DNA from: Rhizophagus irregularis
Taxonomy: Eukaryota
Direction: 5' to 3'
Assembly: GCF_026210795.1 (NCBI RefSeq)
Contig: NC_089430.1
Span: forward strand, 2,542,001-2,606,000
DNA: 64,000 nt
The notes under the pieces are model-generated. The model was not told where the DNA came from, did no database searches, and saw only the letters and a program-made list of their open reading frames with translations. Below are positions 38,196 through 50,458 of this stretch, piece by piece. Numbering within the stretch: position 1 is the first letter of the stretch; each line of letters starts with the position of its first letter. The translations under genes and the position numbers were made by a program.

Positions 38196-39300
38196 ATGGT
38201 GTAGTTAGCCGAAAAATTCAGCCAAGGCGCAGTAAATTTTCGGCTAACAACACCTAGCTGAAAAAAATTCATGTTGATTTTGAATAATTTATTGATTCAA
38301 CATCTACTATTTTCAGCTGAATATTTTCAGCTAAATACACTTTTTTTAAATAATAGTGTAGTTAGCCGAAATATCCAAATAGCAGTCATTGCTCATGTAA
38401 CCTCCTAATTCACTTTATTATGGCAATAGCACCCTCTTCAAATATATAATACATTTGCAAAGTTTAAAATCAATTTAAACTTGTTTAATTGGCTAAATTA
38501 ATGATTTTTGAATCCATAATTCTGGCCGAAATTTTCTTACTTCTGGCTTAAAATTGGTTAAATTGCATCGTACATATACAAAATAATCTTCAAACTAAAT
38601 ATAGAATATATAACTTCTTGTCAGTCTCTAAGTGTTTTTTAAAATATTTTTTCAAATGTTTTGTATATTAAAAATAAAAAATAATGCAAAAAACTTATAA
38701 TTTGTCAAAGATAGTGAATAATATAAGACTTTAAATTAAAACAAAAAATATTTTAAAAAAATAAAATAATGTATGTATATTTTCAAATACAATTCAAATC
38801 CCTTAAAAAAACTTTCCTTTTTTATTTTATTTGTATAATTGTATTGTTATAGTTTTAATGGTTAAATAGACTATTCATTAATTTAAAGAACAATTAAATA
38901 TTAAAAATATTTCTTTTTTACAATTAAATTACTAAAATCTAATATTGAGGTATGATTGGACAGAAATAAATAAGTTAAAATAACAAATATTTTGTAGTTT
39001 TATTTAATAAAAAATAATAATGCACTGTCCAAAAATAAGTATAGTAATGTTATGTACTTCTTGTTTTCTATAATAAATAAAATTTTGTCATTATTTCATA
39101 TTGATTGCTATTTGGATATTTCGGCTAACTATACTATTATTTAAAAAAAGTGTATTTAGCCGAAAATATTCAGCTGAAAATAGTTAGATGTTGAACCAAT
39201 AAAATATTCTAAATCAACATGAATTTTTTTTCGGCTGGATGTTGTTAGCTTTAAAAATTTACCTGCTTTGCTTGCTTGAATTTTCGGCTAACTACACCAT
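38196..39300. mobile_element. About 1.1-kb non-autonomous DNA transposon with about 190-bp TIRs
   Basis: atggtgtagttagccgaaaaattca...gtagttagccgaaatatccaaatagc (38196-38385) is the inverse of 39105-39300; repeated TAGCCGAAA motif; TATA on both flanks; no ORF. Confidence 0.88.
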
Positions 39301-39788
39301 TATAATTTTTCTTATATTTTTGATAATATTTCTTATTTTTTATTGTAATCATAATTTACATTTTTTTTTGAAAATTTGGGCAAAATTATATAATTACATA
39401 AAATTTACAAGTATGTTAAATTATCCAGGTTAAATCACTCTAGTTAAAATTAGTCTTATACTTTTTTATATTATATCTGTTTTTTAAAATCCATCATTAG
39501 CCAGTTTTAAATAGACATATAAAGTATTGAAAAATACCATATGTTGTTTAATGCTAAAAAAGATAGGAAAATGAACTCTTTATCAATCAACACTACTTAA
39601 AAATATCAAAAAATGCATGAAATAACATTCATTTAAATGTAAAATTATACATATATAGTAAATAATGATAGTTTAAAAACATGTATATAATGCATAAAAA
39701 TGCATATATCAATATTAAAAACACATATAGCAATAGTGTTTTTAGTTATCATATGATAATTAACTTTAATTGTAGTATTAATTTATTA

Positions 39789-41949
39789 TTTTTTTTTTTT
39801 GCTAACTGCAGTGTATTTGAAACTTTATTAGAATAAAAGTAAATTGAAATACAAGCACGAAATATACAATAATTCTAAACTAATTTATTAAGTTCTAAAC
39901 CACTCATCATCCTTTTACAAAGACCTCGCGTGATACACTGTCAAACGGATATTTTGCTATGAAATTACTTTTTGCCTTTACGTATGTATGTGATAACTAG
40001 AGAGAACAAATTCCCTCTTCTCAGTTTCAGCAGAAAAGCCCATAAGACCTATTACGAAACAGAAAACAAAAAAAAAGGACTTTAACAAAAAAAAACAGGA
40101 TAAAAAAAAGGGTTAATATATAAAATATGGTAGCAAGCACTCCTATTCATCCCTAAAACTTCATATTTGACCTAGTCTTCCCGTCAGTTGGCCAGTGATC
40201 TTAGCAAGGTCCAAATTTCAGCTATAATTGTAAGTTTATCCTTGCTGTTGAAGCCCTTATTATTCTAAGTGGATTGCTTCATTTTTCTATTAGACTTCCC
40301 TTCTTATTCTGTTGTTCTGCAAAACATTCAGAGTTTTCTCTTAGTTCTACTTCTAAGTAAAGTCCGTCTTCTTTGGTGGTCTATTTCTAATCTAATTCAA
40401 GGTGAACAAGAAATATCTAGTCCAAACACTTTTAAATTCTTAGAAGGTGAAATCTGTATTAAGAGTTTTATCCAAACTCATCCAAGTGTTGAAATACACA
40501 ATCAACTTCCTTTGCCCACAATCTTGAATAATCTTAAAAACTAAAGCACCATCCAGTTATGATAGCATTAATTGAGTTAAACAATATTGTTAGTAACAGA
40601 TTTCAGTACATCCATCACAATAGCCTGAAATCTTTCACGCTTTTTGCATTGCTTCAAAGACCAGGACGTAGAGAACCATTTGACAGGCATTCCTCTGAAC
40701 AGAGCAGTTTATACTCCATCATTCCAATTGTGCAAAGCTCACTCATTAAAGTTGATAGACATAGTCACAGTTACATACTTCTTTTGCGTCTTGATTTTAA
40801 ACGCAATTACTTGACCCCATTTCCTTAGGTTTGTAAGGATATCGAGTTGCAGCATGGTGGAGAGGATATTGTAAATAACTATCTCATTAGTCACTATCTT
40901 ATCTTATCTTATGGTACGTATCTGGTCGATGACAGTTAAAATTATTTTCTCTGGTGTAAGAATGCCGCTTACTTATAATAAAGGTCACCATAAAAAATTG
41001 GCCTTTTACTAATAGTTTTTACCTTACTTTTTTCTTAAATTCTATTGGTTAATTAACTAAAAAGGAAAAAAATCATAACAATATAATATAAAATTTTATA
41101 GTAGGATCTGCAAAGAATTTTATATATGATTTTTACCTTAAGCCTGGAGGTGACCTATCTTATAATAAGTAAGCAGGATTCTGGTGTAAGCTTGGACTTC
41201 TTAATCTTCTACTGCTATGATTTCTCTTTTGTACTACTCTTCTTAAAAGTCTGTTGAGTGTTCCATTTATCGGCCTTAGAGGATGGTGGAGGTCAAGTCG
41301 GAAGTTGAACGGAAGCTAGAACCAAGGAACTTATAATTGAAACTTCGATGTATATCACGCGCTTTTTTCCTCTTGGAGTATATGGCTAAGCTTGTACATT
41401 CAATTTTGTTTATGTCACAGGGGTACACCTGGTGATTGGTGTTTAGGCTCCTCTAAAATTTCTATTTCCATCAAGTGATTATCCAGCTGTGCCAGTACTT
41501 AATTGGATGATGTTGTTGTTATTTGTTGAGCACATGATTCCTTTTGCAATTATTTCATAAAGTTATTCGCAGCCTCATAGAAGAGGGTATGCCAAAAGTT
41601 TTTGAAGGTGTAGAAAAGAAATAAGAGCTCATCGTAGTTATCACTAACACCAAGTTGTTCAAGTTTTTCACTGAAAGGAGATTCAAGTTCTAATAAATGC
41701 TTATGTATTTTGAAATTTATTTCTTCCAAGGTTTAAGACAAACCAGTTGCATTAGTCAAACGATAAATTTCAAGTGTTCTTTTGAATAAGAGGTAAAACT
41801 CCTTGTCGCCAAAGAGGTTGAATAAAGACTTGACGTCCTGTATATCTAGTTGTACTTTAGGTTCATATTTTTTATGTACTTTTATCAAAAATACGTTGCT
41901 GAAAATTTGTTAAAAAAATAGTTCATGCGATCAGCAGAAAGAGTTTCCC
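39789..41949 (-). mobile_element. Retroposed element with poly(A) and 14-bp TSD carrying only a decayed ORF1/RRM-like gene (no RT)
   Basis: TSD gtattaatttatta at 39775-39788 and 41950-41963; T-run 39789-39800. Minus-strand remnants EIVIYNILSTMLQLDILTNLRKWGQVIAFKIKTQKKYVTV...GMPVKWFSTSWSLKQCKKRERFQAIV and FKIIQDCGQRKLIVYFNTW, with stops and frameshifts. Confidence 0.8.
40960..41181. mobile_element. 222-bp MITE with 8-bp TSD nested in the ORF1-only element
   Basis: TIR gaatgccgcttacttataataaaggtcacc vs ggtgacctatcttataataagtaagcaggattc; TSD tggtgtaa at 40952-40959 and 41182-41189. Confidence 0.85.
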
Positions 41950-42202
41950 GTATTAATTTATTAACATATATATTATTTATTATTAATATATTTAAAATTT
42001 TATTAATTGTAAAATATTGTAAATTTATTTATAAATACAGTACAATACAAATACATTATCTAATGTAAAATTGTTAAATTGTTTAAAAATTAATTCTTTT
42101 TATTATAATTAGATTGTTAAGTGATCAATGTACTAAATTTCTGTTAACATAGTACTCTAGTAATATAATTATAATAAGGTGAGGTTTTAAATAAAAAAAA
42201 TA

Positions 42203-43163
42203 CAGTCAACTCCCTCTATAGTCACTCCCGTTATAGTCACATTCTACTATATAGTCACACCAGTTGAATGTTCAAAACACTTTATTATTAAAATCTATCC
42301 TATATAGTCACAATCTATCTATAGTCACTATCACACCTATCCTCAAAAATCTTATATTAAAAAGAACCGTTTATAATCACAGTTATATAAAGAATATATT
42401 AAATAACTTGGCATCTAATAATCGTACAAAGATGTATCATAGCTTGTTAGAATCGTCTCACTGAGACGAATCGAATGGTGGTAGTTTTATCCTTTTCCGA
42501 TCACTGGCTGACGAGTTATTCAACAAAATGTTAAACGTCGGCATTATAATATTTCTTGATTTACGTTTACTGCACCATTTAACATTTTGCTAGATTTCTC
42601 GGTACCTAGTGATTATAAAAAGACGATTTATAGCTCGTTGGAATCGCCTCATCGAGACGAATCGAATGGTGGTAAGCTCATCTCTCTGTGATCAATATTG
42701 ACGGAGTTATTACTTAAAAACTATTTAATATTTTTTAATTTCGGAAATTGATCTAGTGATTGGATTTCGATGTATCTTATACCATTAGATTCGTCTCATC
42801 AAGACGAATCGAATGGTAGTAAGATCGTCTTTCTAGGATCAATATTGGAAGAGTTATTACACAAAAACCATTAATATTTTTTTAATTTCGGAAATTAATC
42901 TAGTGATTGGATTTCGACGTATTTTATACCATTAGAACCGTCTCATCAAGACGAATCGAATGGCGGTAAGATCATCTCTCTACGATTAATATTGGCGAAG
43001 TTACGATACAATAAAGTTTTAAGTATAATTCTGGCTAAAATTATGTTAATTTTTGGCCGGAATTATGATATACAAATATAAGAAATTTTTTATATAGTCA
43101 CATCTCTTTATAATCACCAAATATGGACTGTCCCAAATGTGTGACTATAAAGAGAGTTGACTG
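42203..43163. mobile_element. Tc1/mariner(pogo)-type MITE, copy 2 (961 bp)
   Basis: Same TIRs and TA flanks as 4423-5383; about 4 substitutions seen between the copies; different flanking DNA. Confidence 0.95.
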
Positions 43164-43165
43164 TA

Positions 43166-43546
43166 ATTACAAATTTTTATAAGATTTACTAGTAAAATTG
43201 TTGATTTTTGGGCTATATAAAACTTTATGAATTTTCAATAAAATTCAGTCAAAATTTTTTTATTTGAAAGCCAATTAATTGTAGTTTTCTTGTATTAAAA
43301 AATAAAGAAAATTTTTCTAAAATTTTAAAGAGTTGACCTATTGCTAAAAAAAAGTGAGAATTTCATAATTTTTTGCAATGAGAAAATTTTTTTATATTTA
43401 TAATTAATTATATTTATTTATTTTGATACATAAAAACTATCTACGATCAACTTTCAAATAAAAAAATTCTGACTGAATTTTATTAAAAATTCGTAAATTT
43501 ATATGCAATGTGAAAATTGCTATGTAAATTTTGTCAAATCCGGTAA
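43166..43546. mobile_element. Old foldback element
   Basis: aataaaattcagtcaaaatttttttatttgaaag (about 43237-43270) is the inverse of ctttcaaataaaaaaattctgactgaattttatt (about 43451-43484); the imperfect symmetry extends outward. Confidence 0.65.
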
Positions 43547-43564
43547 TTTATTGTAGGGGAGTGT

Positions 43565-43715
43565 ATTAAGATAGGTTACCTATTGCTTAAGGTAAGGTTT
43601 ACATATAAACTCTTTAAAGATCCTACTATAAAAGGAAATTTTATATTACATTATTATGATTTTTTTTCTTTTTAATTAATTAACCAATAGAATTTAAGCA
43701 AATTCTGAAGTAAGA
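43565..43715 (-). mobile_element. Diverged inverted partial copy of the 40960-41181 MITE
   Basis: taagataggttacc...cttaaggtaa...agatcctactataaaa...ttaattaaccaatagaatttaag is the reverse complement of about 41030-41162. Confidence 0.75.
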
Positions 43716-44006
43716 TTTCATATAAAAGTAAAATTTTTACTGATAACATCAGGAAGTCACAGGAAAAATGTTCATTCAATGTATATTAGTCTTTTCAATG
43801 TATATCAAAAAACCTATATATATTGGACTATTCGTCAAACATCACAATGTACATTTATGTGATGTTCATTAAAAATTATTGTAGTACATTAACAATAAAC
43901 ATTCGATTTGCATTATCTCATTTTATTTTAATTTTTATTGTATGCTATACATAAACTATATAAACAAATATATGTATAAAAAGCAACTTTTTGGTCATAC
44001 ATTTAG

Positions 44007-44520
44007 TTATTTCTTTACTAGAAAAAGTTATAGTACTTTACTAAAAATGGCCAATTTTTTGAAATGATTTTATAATAATTTTAAAATACTACAAAAATAC
44101 ATTTAATACATCAAAATGTTTTTATTGTATTTTTGTTATTATTTTGTAATTATATTGTATCTAGATCTATAAAAATAACTCAAAATAATATCACAATAAT
44201 TTTTTAATGTTTTTGTTATTATTTTATTATTATAATATAATTAACTTTGATATTATTTTAATATTTTAATATCTCGTACAGACACAATGTAACATAAAGT
44301 TTTGACCAGATATACTATAAATAAAAAAAAACAAAAAAAAATATTTTAATCTCAAAAATACCTCAAGTATATCTTGATATATTTTAAAAATTTTACAAAA
44401 TAATTGCACAATTGTTTTAAAAGCCATTATATCTAGGTCTATAAAAATATTTCAAAAAATTAGCCATTTTTAGTAAAGAATATTAGTTGGAATTACAGAA
44501 TTTTTCTAATAAGGAAATTA
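44007..44520. mobile_element. Old foldback/MITE remnant
   Basis: ctttactaaaaatggccaattttttgaaat (about 44036-44065) is the inverse of atttcaaaaaattagccatttttagtaaag (about 44449-44478). Confidence 0.55.
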
Positions 44521-46239
44521 CAGGCTATTTATCTAAAATTATATGATTTTGTAAAATTATAATATATGGCCAGAATTATTGATTTTAATAGAAAATTGTA
44601 AATAATATGTACATTTAAATCAATGATATGATTAATTATAATTGATTTGTAGATAATTTTATTATAATAAAATCTGGGTTGTGCTTATAAAAAGTTGTAA
44701 CTATATTAACTATATAGAGAGTAACTATATGGAAGTCTAACTGTATAGTAATTTATATTGAAAATAGTATACTAAAATTAATAAAAAAATACTATAAAAA
44801 AATAATATAATTGAAAAGAAGTTTTAGTCAAAAAAAAAAAAAAAAAATTGTTACAAAAGTTATTAAAAAAATTGATTAAAAAAATTTAATATAATTAAAT
44901 TTTAGTTTAAAGTATAAATAATTTTATTTTAAAAAAGAAATTATTTTATTATTAAATATTTTTGTAAATTGATAATATTTTAAAAAAAAATATTTACATG
45001 TATTTTATAAAATAAAATAACTTATTTTATATATGGATAATAAATAACTTAGATTTTTATTTTTTATTTGATAATTTCAATATATAATTTTAAACTCTAT
45101 AATTAAAAATTATCACAATTTAATTAAATATAAAGTTATTTGAAAGAGTTAAAAATTATTTATATACAAATTTTTATACTATTAATTTAAAAATTTGAAA
45201 CGTTGTTTTATATATATATATAAAATTAAAAAACAAATATTATTTTAATTAAAAATTTATTTATTTATTCTAAGTTTTAGTAAAAGTTTTTTTATGATAA
45301 TAAATATTTCTAAATAAGTGTTTGATGCAAAATAAAAAAAATCCTGCTTAGCAAAGACATTTTAAAGGTCAATTTGACTTATTTGCCAAAACTTTTTTTC
45401 CGTTAAATCCATTTTTGGAAATAATTGGGCTATCTACATTACTGTCATTACTGTCACAGATTTTCAGGTGAGTAATTAATTTAGTGATGATCATCACAAC
45501 GTAGATCTCAAAGTATTACTCGTGTATAAAATACTTAAATTTTCATATGATTTATACAATCTTGAATAGTATAGAAGTAGAAGATTCTTTAGTAAAAGAA
45601 AATTCATTATTCTTTTTATATTCAATACATATATCATGCATTGAATATTTTTATTTTTTATTTTTATTTTTATTTTTATTTTTTTTTGAAAATTTCATTA
45701 CGAAAAAAAATCCAAAACCTAATCAAATGTTTTATAAAATAGCTAATATATAAAATATTTTTTTTCTTTAAAGAGAAATTTTCTAAATTAAAGGGGAAAA
45801 GTAAGCAAGGGCCTATGAAAGGAAGGAAGAAAAAAAAAAAAAAAAAAAGAAAAAAAAAATTCCGAAGAATGCGACAATGTTTTTAAGAACTTCTAAAAAA
45901 AAAGTCGAAACAGCAAAAAAAAAAACTAAATACAAGAACCGAATATAATAAAATTCTCGAGATGATAAACCCAAATAATTTGCAAATAAGAAACTACAAT
46001 AAACAAAAAAATAATAAAATATTTAAAATATGCAACATATAAACTATGATTATTATTATTGCTTTTATGGCAAAGTCAATCATAAACAAAATAAAATAAG
46101 TTGCAATTTGAATTAGAGACTTAACGCCAATTTACCCGCCACATTCATTAATTGCTATAATACAAAAAAAACAACTCTTCTCATCCCATTATCATTTCCC
46201 ATTAACCTTTTGTCTAATTAATACTTTGTCTTAATGAGT

Positions 46240-49200
46240 CTATCGTGAAGTGGCTAATGCCACAGGTGGAAAATTATCCATAGTGTTCGAGTTATTTAAG
46301 GGAGATGACAGTGATGTTGTTGTTGCATGATTGACATGATGATGATTAGGTATCGTATAAAAGTTGTTCATTGAACTAGGATGCGTTGACTTTTGAGCAA
46401 TTCTAAAATCATCAATATCCTAATAATTTAAAAAGTGGTGTGTATTTATTTAGTTCATAATAATAATAATAAATTAAAAAAGAGGAAATTTATAAATATA
46501 AGACATGACCAATTTAATTACCTTAAATTTTTCTAATGTTTTCTTTAATTGATCACATACTTCGATCTTTCTCTTATTCTTATCTTTTCTATAATATAAA
46601 TAAGCCCAGAATTTCTCGATGCCATAAAGACGACCATTCTTGTGATCATTTAATGTCAGTTCCTGGAAATCATCAAATACGTCTTGGCGATACTTTTTCT
46701 CAAGACCATAAGAGTAAAACCGGAATAAACATTCCAGGCCATAACGATAATTAGAATTAGCATCTTCAACCGCGAGTTTCTTAAACTCGGAGTACATACG
46801 TTTGTTATAATGTTCTCGCAAGAAATGAGACCAAAATCTAAAGAGAGTATTCATCTCTTGTGATTGTCCGATTCCCTGTCGTTTGCGTTCTGAAATAACG
46901 AAATAGATAGAGATATGGAATTAATAAAATATGCATCATCTATAATTAAAATTTTCAAAGTAATTAAGTTGGAACTATCTTGTAAACCTTTCAAAGCCTT
47001 AATATGGTATTTAGAGTACTTTTGTTGGATAAATCCATTGTCCTTTAATAATTCATGACTCGGATGTTGAAAAGTAGGGAACGAACGTGCCAAATCTGCC
47101 GAAGATGATAATTGTTCATTTGAAGAACAATTATTATTGATAAGAGGTGAGCCATTTGCGAGTGGCGATGATCCCTCGGAAAGATGATCCCTACATAATT
47201 CATTTATCGAATTAGCATTATAAATACGTAAAAAAACCATATCAACAGTTATAATATTTACCCAAGTACCCAACCGACAGCATCCTGAGCATAATATTGA
47301 CGTGTATCAGGTATGTGTCTATGGTTAGTCTTAGCATTTGCACCAAGTGGAAGCTGCGGGGTACCTTTAACAGGCCAGAAACGCGCCGGTTTTTTCTTGC
47401 TGTAATGCATTTATTGGAAATTAGTTAACCTTCAAGCTAATAATTTATTAATACGGAAATGAACATACCTTTTTTTGTCATTTTCTGATGTAACTTTATT
47501 CGAGTGATTTGTCTCAGAATTTAAACTTGGTGTGCCTTCTTGTGACTTTGTTTCTTCACTAAAAACAAATAATATTAAATATTCAATTAATGTGAAGACT
47601 ATAATTTTCATTTTTAGTAGTAATAAAATAATAGAAATTTACCTAATTATATCTGCTTTACGATTACCAGAAGTACTATTAACTTGTCTAAGGCAAGACA
47701 AAATGAATACAATTATTTAAACAAATAAGACATTTTAAGTAATGATTATAAAAAAATTATACACACTTTTTGCGTAAGTCATGTTCGTAGTGATGTAGGC
47801 CCTCATTGATTATTTCAATGACTTCTTCTAATAATTTTTTTTTTATACAATGTAATTAATTTCAAAATTATATATATATTTTCTTACATATAGTAATAAA
47901 ACTAACCGTTCAATTTATCCCTCCTTTTCTGTGTAACAATTATGATACTTTCTACAGTATCATCATCAACTTCATCATCGTCTTCATCCTCTTCATCTGA
48001 GGTTGCATAATATTTTTGAATATTATTCCCCGAATCACCGTTCCAATCTTCATCAAATTGGAAAAGCTCCTCATCAACAATAACGGAAGTTTGCTTTGGA
48101 GAGTCACGGGGAGATTTTGGTGTCATATGAGGCGAACGTTTTTTTGTTTGAGAAATCCAAGTATTAACAGTATTAGTAGAATTGTCTTCGGAATTTCCTT
48201 CCGGAATAGTTGGCATTTCCTGGTTTTCCTTGTTTTCATCTTCATCTTGTAATAAATTGTTTTCTTCTACAATAATCTCATGTTGATTATGAATATTTGA
48301 AGTATCCATCATTGTTTGCTCTGAAAATTGTTGTTCACCATCCTCGGGCAAATCGTTCTTAAAATATTGATAAACAAATCAATAATAGCTCCTTGATATC
48401 TTTTTAATACAAAATATACTTACTTGTTTCGGTAAGAGCCAAATTTTCCAACCATCTCTCTTTCTAACCTTGTCACCGTTAACCTCTACAGTGTAGCTAA
48501 TGAGGAGCGCCTTAAATTCAAATTAATTTTAATTAGCTAATAATGCTTACAATTAAGAGGATGAACAAAAAAAATGAAAATAACATGTACCTCACGGACA
48601 AGTTTTTCATCCATCGTCAAAGCCTTTACACGATTAAAACCGGCTAACAAGGAAATAAGCACATAACCTTCAGAGTCCATCTATGAATAAAGGAATAAAA
48701 TATTAATTAAATTAAATTTTACAGTATAAACGATAAAGGGGACTTACATTACTTCGTAAATATATATCTTTGCAGAGATTTTCAATACTAAAATAATATT
48801 CTCTAAAAATATAAAGCAACCACGAATTAAAAATGTTTATATTATAAAATGAATAAGTTGCAAAATACTTACATTTGTTGTAAAATATAGTATTTTAGGA
48901 ATGTGACATCATAGACGACGCCGACTTTTGATCCATATAAATTGTTATACTGTTGTGTACCATGATGACCATGGTGATTATTGTTACCGTGTTGACCATG
49001 ATGTCCATTATTATGATGTCCATATCCTGTTGAGTATGATATTGTTGCTGAACGTGGATGTCCGCGTCCGCCATTATAAGAACGGCCTAAGTTGTGAAAA
49101 TGTATTATCTTGTTAAATATCTTAATCAAAATAAAGGAGAATTAATTAGATGGTGTAATAACATCAAATCTAACCTCTTCCTCTTCTTCCACCACGAAAA

Positions 49201-50458
49201 TGTGAATTAGTATTAATGTGATGACCAATTTGCCCATTATTATCATTTGACTGTGAATAACGACGTGTATAATCCCTTGTTGGTGGAGGTACACTAGCAC
49301 GACGTCTACTAGGACTAGTATTTCTGGGTGATTGATTATGTTCTGCTTCAGAATTATTATTATTATTATTAGGCCTATCATTTGATTTTCGATGTTCTCG
49401 AAGACCAACGTGATCTTCACTACGACGACGAGAAGGTTTTGATCGTTCATGACCGGGTAATGGAGTATTGTGAGTAATATTCGGTATATACCGTACCCAT
49501 TTATCTTTGCCTTTTAAAAAATTATAATATTAGTAACTATATCAAATCAAATCAACTGACAACGATCTAACAGGATCGTACAAAAAAAAAAAGAGTAAGG
49601 AAATTAAACCTTTTTTAGAAGAACTCTCTTCTTTTTTGGCATTGGAGTCATTAATTTGTTTCTTTTCCGAAGAATCGACCGTTTCCTTTTCTTTATCTTT
49701 AATTAAAACTTCGGCGGGAGCAGGCCAGCTTGTTTGATCTTCCAATGGTGGTAATATTGGTGAAGATTTCGTTCTCCTTGAATCTTTTTTATTATATTTT
49801 CTAGAATCTTTTGTAATTTTATTTTTTTTTAAAAAAAAATAAAAAGATAATTTTATCAATTTTAAATTCAATTATTTCTCTTCTCACAATTATGATAAAT
49901 GATTCAATTGACGAACCACTTTTTGAAAAAGAAAAAAAAAATAAAAAACTTTTTAAGAAACTATAAGTTTCGAATGTAATGAACGTAATACATGATAAAA
50001 TTCATTTATCATCTTCATAATTAAAAAAAACTGTAAGTTTAATTGAACATACCATCAAAAGACTCATTGTGATCATTATCTTGATTGTCTGTTCTTTTAC
50101 GACTATCAACTATTACATCTTTTTCTTTATCATTTTTATCATTGGAAACTGGGGAATCCGTCGACTTTTGGGCACTCATCCTTGCCTTCCACACGTTTAC
50201 AGGCGGTATTGGAGCCGGAGGAGGTATTATTTTTTTTGATGTTGTTTCATTTTCTATATAGTTTTGATTCTCATTATTATGTTGTACAGTTTCTTTAACT
50301 TGCTCTGACGGTTGTCGAACAGAAGATCGAATTATATTTGATCCATTAGTTTCCAAATCACTTTTAATTTTTGTACCGGTAGGTTTGATCAGATTAACAC
50401 CGCCAACACTAGAACCAGCGAGATTATTGTCAGGTTGCGCAGTTGTTGGACTAACCAT
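46240..50458 (-). CDS. LARP1: La-related protein 1 (La motif + DM15/LARP1 domain), multi-exon
   Basis: [17 protein letters not shown] / [22 protein letters not shown] (La motif); [19 protein letters not shown] and [14 protein letters not shown]...[16 protein letters not shown]...YGIEKFWAY (DM15). Confidence 0.95.
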
